From Squalus acanthias (taxonomy: Eukaryota): a DNA stretch of 60,000 bases. The DNA lies in contig CM059433.1 of NCBI GenBank assembly GCA_030390025.1, forward strand, positions 8,558,001-8,618,000. The letters are read 5' to 3'. This document shows, in pieces, positions 50,967 through 60,000 of the stretch. Numbering within the stretch: position 1 is the stretch's first letter; every line of letters begins with the position of its first letter. The translations under genes were made by a program, and so were the position numbers. The notes under the pieces were generated by a model, which searched no databases, was not told where the DNA came from, and worked only from the letters and a program-made list of their open reading frames with translations.

Positions 50967-51714
50967 GGCCCAGAAATTAGCTCTCCGGCTTCCCGCGGGT
51001 GCAAGGATCGCGCGCGCACCTACCTACCGCGCCTGCCGTTGACCTCTGGGCCCACGGGGACTTCAGCTCCTGGGCCTCCTGCAGCTGCCGGCGCGCAGTG
51101 CTTGTGTATCCCGGGGGCACAGTTAATGCGATGCGTCCCCTGGGATCACGTGGGCCATGGAGAGCCAATGGCAGCAGACCATCTTTCATTCATAGATTTG
51201 ACAGGAAGACCTGTCAAATCTATGAATACAAATCGGCCCCAAAACCTCCCTAAAACTACAAATAAATTGGAAAAAAAAAATCACATTTTAAAAATAACTA
51301 TAAATTACATTAATTAACTATTTTAAACAAAAATTTAAATTTTTGAAAAAATTAATTACATTTTTTAACGGGGCTAAAACTAAACTTACCTTTCTTTAAA
51401 GTAATTAAAAAAGATAAATCTGTGAAAAAAAATGTTTAAATTTTAATAAAATCAACACTTACCTTGTTAAAAGAAGGCCTTGCGCATCCTTTTTAAAAGT
51501 GTATCTTCTCCGTGCCTACCTTCACGGAGGAACCTGTAAAAAAACCCGAAGTGCGAGGCGAACGCGCTGGCCCTCCGGCGTGCGCGTTCGACCTCTGAAC
51601 CCCTTTCCTCAGGGGAACGGAAGTTGCAGTGCATGCAAGAAACCGGCACTTTCGTTCCGTCCACGGGTGAGTACACAGTGCGTACTCACCCGACAACAGC
51701 CGAATTTCTGCCCC
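50967..51714. mobile_element. Harbinger-type MITE with AT-rich core (inverted relative to 48045)
   Basis: Termini GGCCCAGAAATT / AATTTCTGCCCC; shared motif CTGGGATCACGTGGGCC. Confidence 0.75.
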
Positions 51715-52589
51715 ACTATAAACTACTCAGAATCACTCCTCATTCCTGTTAGAAGAGTGGAAATAAAAGTGGCACTCTTGTATATCTGAAGTGGAATGGC
51801 CCCTTCAAAACCGCGATATGGTTGAGTTTATATAATATCTTGCAATCTACATTGGGGAATGTATTTCCCGCTGCTTTTTACTGGTGACATTTTACGGGGA
51901 GACCTGTGGTTCCTGATGGTTTGTGGCTGATTCTGAGCACCTCTGTCTGATTCCCTGTCAGACTGGGATTGGTCTGTGTCCTATTTCTTTGTGGTTTGGT
52001 GGCGCGCTACATATCCTTCCTGGTGGTCTGAGTTTGATTCCCCAGAAAGCTATGGATGGGTCTGTGCCCTCATTACCGAGCATTGTTGCGTTAAACTACA
52101 TGATACTAAAAGGGGCATCACTTCTCGAAAGAGCTTGCGAACACGCCTGACACAATAACATAAATCATCTCGACACAATTCATTGTCTCGCTTGTATATA
52201 ACGTTTTGATGAAACACTTTTTCTCGAAGATAATGCTGCTCTGACAACTGCAATTTGCTTTTCTCCCTATCATTTTCTCTTAATTCGACTTTGTTTTATA
52301 TCTGTATACCCCTCTTTTTTAATATATATATATATATAAACTTTAAAAAAAAATATATGTAACAAAAATTCCTAATAGACATTGAAAAAAAATCCCAGAT
52401 CCCACACGATTTTGCTGTGCCTTACAGGATGCAGTGCTGTCACTTAACACTGCATCATATTGCTATTCAATTTTTAATAAGGGTGCGAAGAATTCAATAT
52501 CTAACAGAAATGTGTTGCTCTCCTTGAGTAACACACTCAGTTTTGGAATCTGTTACTTTATGACCTATCAATATTCTATAGCATATACA

Positions 52590-53010
52590 GAAAGAAAGAA
52601 GAAAGACTTGTATTTCTCCAGTGCCTCTCATGACCTCAGGACATCCCAAAGTGCTTTACAGCCAATGAAGTATTTTTGAAGTACAGTCACTGTTGTAATG
52701 TGCAAACGCGGCAGCCAATTTGTGATAATGCAATGATAATCTGTTTTAGTGATGTTGGTTGAGGGAGAGTATTGGCCCAGGACATCGTGGATAAATTCCC
52801 TTGCTATTCCTGGGATTTTTTTTTACAGGCAGATGGGACCTCGGTTTAACGACTCATCCAAAGACGGCACCTCCGACAGTGCGGCACCTCCCTCAGCACT
52901 GCACTGGGAGTGTCAGCCTAGATTTTCTGCTCAAATCTCTGGAATGGGGCTCGAACCCACAACCTTCTGACTCTGTAGACGAGAGTGCCACCCACTGAGC
53001 CAAGGCTGAG
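52590..53010 (-). mobile_element. DeuSINE, older and more diverged copy
   Basis: Deu core and tRNA head with B-box GGTTCGAGCCC. Confidence 0.8.
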
Positions 53011-53016
53011 ATATCG

Positions 53017-53779
53017 TCCTGGAATTTCCCCCTAAAGAAACGGATGGGTTTGGAGCGTGGGGGCGGTTAAAGTGTTAAACATAGGATTCCCGACCTGATC
53101 CCACCTCCAACCCGCCCACTTCCGGTCTTACCGGAGGCGGGACAGGGGGCCAGCGACCAACCCGCTCCCAGTGGGCGTTACCTTAATTTAAATATTGTAA
53201 TGAGGCTGGAAGCCTCTTTTTCCCGTCCATGTTGTGTTTCACTGCCTGTGGACGGGTTTCACACAATTCGTGAGACCCGGCAGTAAAACAGAGGCAGGGA
53301 CTGCTGGATCCAGGAGGTAAGTGGCTTTATACCCACCTCCTGGATCCATGGTCCCGACCATACCCACCCCCGCTGTCGGAGACCCCACCCACGAGGCCTC
53401 TGATCATCTTCCCAGCCTCCCCCAACCAGCGATGATGATGAGGCCGGCCACCATCCTCTCTCCTCCCCTGCCAATTCCTCCCCCCCCCCCCCCCGATCCC
53501 CAGCCGACCCCACACCCCCGCAATCCCCAGTCCCTGCCAATGCTCTCTCCACCCGCCCCTCGATCCCCAACCCCAGCCAATTGCCAATCCTCCTCCCGCA
53601 ATCCCTCCCCCGGACCGGCCCCTCGCTTCTGAGGCCTGCCCGCCCGCAGCCTCTCAATCTGGCTGGCTGCGGGCGGGAGTCCGAGGCCTCACACTCAAAT
53701 CAGGCCCGGCCGTTAAAGTCGCCTCGGAGACCCCCCCCCCCCCGACCCCAGCCCGCCTACCTGGGGAAAGTTCCAGCCA
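53017..53779. mobile_element. Harbinger-type MITE with C-rich core
   Basis: Termini CTGGAATTTCCCC / GGGGAAAGTTCCAG; subterminal similarity to 9542-9720. Confidence 0.6.
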
Positions 53780-54084
53780 CAGTGATACAGTCGGCTGTAA
53801 TACCATTTTAATATGCCGTCCAGAACAACTTTAAAGTGCTGAACAATGAGAATTGGCAGCATGTATGGAAAGAAAATCCAGCATAATTCACTCACTCCTA
53901 AATCTCACTGCAAAACCTTCAAGGACCTGTATGGAGTCTCATACCTTGAGAGCCAAAGGTTTATTGCAGGTCTTTGACCTGAAATGGTTAATGTGAGTTG
54001 ACACCACACTGACAAAGCTATGGCCTAGTTAATCTAAAGCCATTCCGCCAGTGGTTACAAACAAGGATAGGTGCCGCCTTGCTT

Positions 54085-54552
54085 CTCATAGAATCATAGA
54101 ATGATACAGCACAGAAGGAGGCCATTCTGCCCATCGTGCCTGTGACGGCTCTGTGAAGGAGCGATCCAACCAGTCCCACTCCCCCCTGCTCTTTCCCCAT
54201 CGCCCTGCAAATTAAAAAAAGTTACTATTGAATCTGCTTCCACCACCCTTTCAGGCAGTGCGTTCCAGATCATAACAACTCGAAGCGTAAAGATAATTCC
54301 CATCATCTCCCCTCTGGTTCTTTTGTCAATTACCTTAACTCTGTGCCCTCTGGTTACCGACCCTCCTGCCAGTGGAAACAGTTTCTCCTTATTTACTCTA
54401 TCAAAACCCCTTCATGATTTTTGAACCCCTCCTAAATCTCCACATAGCTTGCTCTGCTCGAAGGAGAACAGCTCCAGCTTCTCCAGTCTCTCCACGCCCC
54501 TCATCCCTGGTACCATTCTGGTCAATCTCCTCTGCACCCCTCTCCGAGGCCC
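54085..54552 (-). mobile_element. CR1 3' fragment (deleted)
   Basis: (CATAGAAT)2 tail; VQRRLTRMVPG...LFSFEQ. Confidence 0.82.
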
Positions 54553-55044
54553 TCTCCAAGTCATGCAACAGCTGACTTCACTGCCAGGTCCTCTCCGTGC
54601 AGCACCTCTACAGGATATGTACAGAAATGTTCTTCTCACATATGCGGAGGTACTTTCCAGGTGCAGGTGGAAGTTAGGGACTTTTAGCAGAAGAAGCATC
54701 CATACTGCTTTCCATCGGAGTTTTGGATACGACCACAATGAAAGTCACACCAGCGAGAAGAGAAGACATCAGTTATATTTACGCAAATTTATCACCTTAT
54801 CAAATGGAAATAAGCCCGAGCATTTGCAAATGCAAATAATATTTCTCCACTAAACAGCAAGCATAGAACACAAGACACATTTATAACTAAAATAGTAATG
54901 TATTGTACTTAAGGGGATCTTAAATCTTCATGAGAGTATTTGGAATACTTTTTATCTGTTTACAAACACACAACACAATAATATAAATCAAGCTTGAAAC
55001 ATTTGTTACAACTGCTTGTTAATTTTGTTAAAATTTGTTAAAAC

Positions 55045-55640
55045 TTGCTACAACTGTACAGGGCGTTGGTGAGACCACACCTGGAGTACTGCGTGCAGTT
55101 TTGGTCTCCTTATTTAAGGAGGATATACTTGCATTGGAGGCAGTTCAGAGAAGGTCACGAGGTTGATTCCGGAGATGAAGGGGTTGTCTTATGAAGAAAG
55201 GTTGAGCAGGTTGGGCCGATACTCATTGGAGTTTAGAAGAATGAGAGGGGATTTTATTGAAACATATAAGATTCTGAGGGGGATTGACAGGGTAAATGCT
55301 GAAAGGATGATTCCCCTTGTGGGGGAATCTAGAACTAGGGGACACAGTTTCAGAATAAGGGAGCACCCTTTTAAAATGGAGATGAGGAGGAATTTCTTCT
55401 CTCAGAGGGTCGTGAATCTTTGGAATTCTCTTCCCCAGAGAGCTGTGGAGGCGGAGTCATTGACTATATTCAAGGCGGAGACAGACAGATTTTTGAACGA
55501 TAAGGGAGTCGAGGGGTATGGGGAGCGGGGCAGGAAAGTGGAGTTGAGGCCAAGATCAGATCAGCCATGATCTTATTGAATGGCGGAGCAGGCTCGAGTG
55601 GCCGAATGGCCGACTCCTGCTCCTGTTTCTTATGTTCTGA
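55045..55640 (+). mobile_element. CR1 LINE 3' fragment
   Basis: ORF 55163-55570; near-identical to the reverse complement of 49531-50045. Confidence 0.92.
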
Positions 55641-55941
55641 TTTCGCTTCATTACATATTATATCTTAGTGACCAGAATAATGCACCAATCTTCTTGCTTT
55701 CCTCCCTCCCCAAACAAACAAAAACGTTTCGAAAGCACAGACTTGTCTTTCATGCAGACAGCGGTGCTTTAAAGTTCTTGGGTAAAGACATAGTAAGTCA
55801 TAACATGATTTTCTGGGTGTAGAAACACAAACACCTCCAACGCAGGGCTGTCAGATCGGGTGGCAAGTCATTGCAGAAGAATGAACGAAGTGTCTTAAGA
55901 CAAGTGCACTGCTGAAGACCGTTGGAAGCATATTATTTACT

Positions 55942-56418
55942 AAAGAAAGAAAGACTTGCATTTCTATAGCGCCTTTCACGACCACCGGACGTCTCTAAGC
56001 GCTTTACAGCCAATGAGGCACTTTTTGAAGTGGAGTCACTGCTGTAATGTGGGAAACGCAGCCGCCAATCTGCGCACAGCAAGCTCCCACAAACAGCAAT
56101 GTGATAATGACCAGATAATCTGTTTTAGTGATGGTGATTGAGGGATAAATATTGGCCCCAGGACACCGGGGATAACTCCCCTGCTCTTCTTCAAAATAGT
56201 GCCCGTGGGGATCTTTTACGTCCACCTGAGAGAGAGCAGACGGGGCCTCGGTTTAACGTCTCATCTGAAAGATGGCACCTCCGACAGTGCGGCACTCCCT
56301 CAGCACTGCACTGGAGTGTCAGCCTAGCTTTATGTGCTCAAGTCTCTGGAGTGGGGACTGTGAACCCACAACCTTCTGACTCAGAGGCGAGTGTGCTACC
56401 CACCGAGCCACAGCTGAC
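55942..56418 (-). mobile_element. DeuSINE, full length
   Basis: Reverse complement of 25068-25544. Confidence 0.9.
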
Positions 56419-57756
56419 ACCTAGCGCTGCAGAGCATAAAAACATTGCATACCACAACAAAAAATAGTCACAGTGCCACACAATATTGATTTGTTTAGGG
56501 CAAAAGCTCAGAAAAAGAAGTGATCCACCTTCTGTAACAGGGACTTGACAACTCTTCTGACTCCACTGGTCCTGGTGTATTACTTTATGAACTAATGTTC
56601 TGTTCCTTCAGTCTTGTTAATAACATTACGTACTTGTGATGTACTAATACACAGGCAACGCCTTTAAAATATGTGTAAACATTCTTGGTCATAATCAATT
56701 GCTTTTTTAGAAGTTTGGCAGCCATGATAGATATTCAAATTTTTTTTTGCAAAGACAAGGATTTTGCCCAAATGAATGGACATTTGGACAAGCAGGAAAA
56801 CAGCCATAATGCAGTTTTCTGCCCAGCAGAAATCAGACCAAGTATTTACTGACACCTGGAAGTCTGAGCGGCGTATCGCGGGTGAGCCCATACTGTCTTT
56901 TAGAATTTTCTAGGTCATCACAAAAACAACAGAATGGCGGCCGCATTCTTACTTTCCCAAGTCACCTGGTACAGTAAATGCCAATGGCTGCTCTCTCTTC
57001 AACACCCATCTCACTCAGGCTGCTTTGCAAAAATTGACCGATTTAACACTTTAGCCCCAGTTTTAACCCCCGTGCTTGAATCGCGTAAGCCTTATACCAT
57101 GTTTGTGTTGACTTTGCGCCACTCACTCTTTTGACTAGCACGTTTCTGACAACGTATTAGGCCCTCCTCCCAGGCTGGCGAGGACCTAATCGAAAAGCAA
57201 AAGTCGGGATCTGAGGATGCCTTGCAGACACCGACGCTATTTTAGCAGGTTTCCATCAGGATTGGAGCCTGGTGCTAACCTCACCAGCAACTAAGGGCGT
57301 CAAGATGGAGAAGGCCTGGAAGAAGCCAGGAAAAGAGCACTTGGGGCTGTCTTCAGCTGCAGTCAAGGACACTTGAGCCTCCAGCCTTCTCTTCCCCAAT
57401 GATCTTAGCTCCTGGGCAACTGATCTCCAGGGCTTCCTGCTCCTCTTGGCTCAGAGCAATGAAGCTGGGAGTTCATTCCTCAGTCTTAGTCGTCTCCTTC
57501 GTGTTCTGTGCTGTCTTGTCCTGCAGAAAGCGAGGGTGAGAGTTAGTGAGTGTCTGTTGAAAAGGCCAGCGGAGATGTGTGGGGCCTTACCTATATAGAG
57601 GATGTGCTGAGAGGTGTAGAAGGCTGAGAGGTAAGATTTTAAAAAGAAACTTCGAGCCAATTAGTGACTCTATTAACATTCCGACAATAAAAAATGGGAT
57701 CTTATAATTCAGCGTCTAATGTAGGATTTCAAACCTATATAGAATTAAAAGACATT

Positions 57757-59525
57757 GGATGAGAAATTCATGTACTTACCGCCACCTGTTAGCGCCAGCG
57801 ATTCTTGAAAAAATGGCGGCCACCGTTCTTGCGCCAGCTGGAGTCGGTTCCCGCGGTGGCCGCCATATTCGTTTGCCCCTTTGCGTTGCCGGTAACCGGC
57901 AGCGCCCTGTAACCTGCAACAGCGACTTAACATCACCTACGCGAACTTCGACCCTCGCGCTTAATTCAGCACTGGGTCCTAAGCAGGCTAGGTTAACCTG
58001 TCGTTCAAGCAGGATGACAGGGGCGATAGCTGCAGCTGTTAAAGGGACGCACACATCAATCAGGTGAGTTTGAATGGAAGGGTTTGGCCTTGGCTTTTTT
58101 GGATTTTATTGAAGTGGTGGCTTGCTGCAATATATGTGAAATTTCTTTTAAGTGTTTTGGAAGTACTGCTGGACGCTTGCAAGGGCTCGGATGGTAAGTG
58201 AACGCCTTTGAGAAGACAGAACATGCTGCGAATACTCAGCAGGTCACGCCACATCCGTGGAGTTCACGTCTCAGGTCGACATGCTGCCTGACCAACCCAT
58301 TTCACATTTACAGCATTCGCTCGCAGTGGGAAGAGGAAGACACAGAAGAGGAGGAATCAGATGGAAGGATGCATCCCAGACAGCCCTTTGTGGCCGGGAT
58401 ATCCAGGATGGAATCATCCGCCTGTGGTTCCACTGGCTGGGCAGACTACCTCTTCTTGTTGACCCACTGGCTGGGCAGGCTGCATTTCTTGGGTGTGTGA
58501 AATGAGGAAGGCACAAGGGTGGAGTTGTGCTGACTGGAGGGCGGGAAAGCAAGAGGTGCATGCCAGAAGGGGGATAACGTATGAGGATACCAGCATCTTG
58601 TATCCTTTCAGCCCTGCCGCTGACCAAGGGCTCAGCCATGCCCCTGCCAAGAATGGCCAGCACCGTCTCCTCCAAGGGGGTGAGGTGAGGCTAGGAATGG
58701 GAGATGTGCCTCGTGATTGGTGCATATTGTTGGTGGGTGAGTGATTGGGGGTCGTGCACTGAGCAGTGTGTGAGGCTAGTGGTGCAGTTGGTAGGAGATG
58801 ACTTTTGAAGATGCATTCACTGGCCTTGACCAGTGGTCTGAGGTCATGAAGCTTCTTTGGGCACTGGAGCCAGGTGTTGGAGCGACACTGTTGGCAGTGA
58901 CGGCCTTGGTGATCTGGTCCCACATCCTTCTTTCCGGAGGGCCTCCTGGCCCCCTGTGGGTAGAGAGCCGCTCTTACAGTGTTGACCCCCTGCACAAAGC
59001 TGGAGTGCTGCGTGCGAGACCCTGGGTGCCCCTTCCCTGGCTTGCTGAGCCATTTGTGTTGGTGCTGGGGCAGTTTTCCCATTTGTTCAGTTTAGGAAGG
59101 TAATTCAGCTTTAACAGCTGAATAATCACATTTGGAACCTCTTTTAAACATTGAATATTTGTAAAAAGACAGAAAGGGCTGAAAACTGTATGGAATCAGT
59201 GCATTGTATTTTGTCTTGCTTCAATGTGCGTGGCCCCTTTAAATTTCAGAGCTCCTCACTGCCCACAATGCATTGCGAGCTACACAGCCTCTCGCACACA
59301 GACGCTCGGGGAAGCAGCAACGCCGCACCAGGACTACACATTGGTCCCGGATCCCTCGCGCAGCGCCACCAGGACGGCATTGCACCTAAGGTTAGCGCTG
59401 CGCCACCTACCTCCATGCCCCCCACACCAATTTAGGTCGGTTCGCGCTGCGGCCATTTCGGGCGGCCGTTAACGGCAGTTGCCGGTGACACCGACTGCTT
59501 TGCTGGCGAACACCAATTTTTCCCC
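57757..59525 (-). mobile_element. Harbinger deletion derivative retaining Myb-gene remnants
   Basis: Termini GGATGAGAAATT / AATTTTTCCCC. Minus-strand MAQQAREGAPRVSHAAL...VNTVRAALYPQGARRPS resembles the Myb exon at 15017. Confidence 0.65.
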
Positions 59526-59673
59526 ACATTCTGCTAATATTAATATTAATTAAGATTTTTAAAGTATATAGCGTCACTAATTTTACACCTGACATTAAAT
59601 TTAGAACCTTACCTAGAAAGTCAGTGAATTTGCTACGTGTAAGACATCTGAATGTTTGGACCTCCCTCAAGTA

Positions 59674-60000
59674 CAGGAAACTCTCGTTTAAACGGCACCT
59701 AAATATCCGGAATTCTCTAATAACCGGCAGAATTCATACTCCGAAAACTACAGTATACAGTCGTTTATAAGTTTTGTTTTACTGTTAAGTAATTAAAGAG
59801 TTATGGATTACCCTCAAGTGGCATTACTGTACTTAATCAAGCATCTTCCACCATCCATTTAACACAACATTCTGTCGGGGAGTACCCAATTATACTGCAC
59901 ATTTCTTGATTTTTTAATTTTTGTTTGTTAAAAATAGCCTCGGTAGATATACCTCTTCGTTATCCGGAATTTTTAATCAACCGGCACCATCCCGGTCCCG
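59674..60000. mobile_element. Tc1/mariner (Tigger-like) MITE, runs off the window
   Basis: TA|CAGGAAACTCTCGTT start and repeated TATCCGGAATT/AACCGGCA motifs. Confidence 0.55.

Noticed and set aside
53321..53811. Proline/glycine-rich ORFs and G-quadruplex-like runs
   Set aside because: Low-complexity C-rich interior of a MITE.
1..60000. Excess of minus-strand retroelements as evidence for a plus-strand host intron
   Set aside because: A rough tally of about 20 versus 12 is too weak to support the claim.

Overview
Eukaryotic, repeat-dense DNA, most likely from a cartilaginous fish (shark). This is inferred from the co-occurrence of a HE1-type V-SINE, SacSINE1-like Deu-domain SINEs and abundant CR1, L2 and Penelope retroelements. 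Roughly half or more of the window is transposon-derived: many 5'-truncated CR1 LINEs, an L2 split by a CR1, a second CR1-group LINE family lacking ORF1, an RTE fragment, a Neptune-type Penelope fragment, six near-full-length DeuSINEs, one complete but disrupted two-gene PIF/Harbinger element (Myb/SANT plus DDE transposase, with TIRs and a 3-bp TSD), many Harbinger-type MITEs, a hAT MITE, a Tigger-like MITE and a 17-bp minisatellite. No intact host gene, rRNA, true tRNA or CRISPR array can be supported; only a few low-confidence candidate exons are visible. The most notable structures are two Penelope-associated minimal hammerhead ribozyme motifs (one inside a 204-bp, almost fully palindromic insertion with a 12-bp TSD), an isolated perfect 22-bp hairpin, and a MITE flanked by a 27-bp duplication. 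Family names come from recalled motifs rather than database searches, and many boundaries are approximate.
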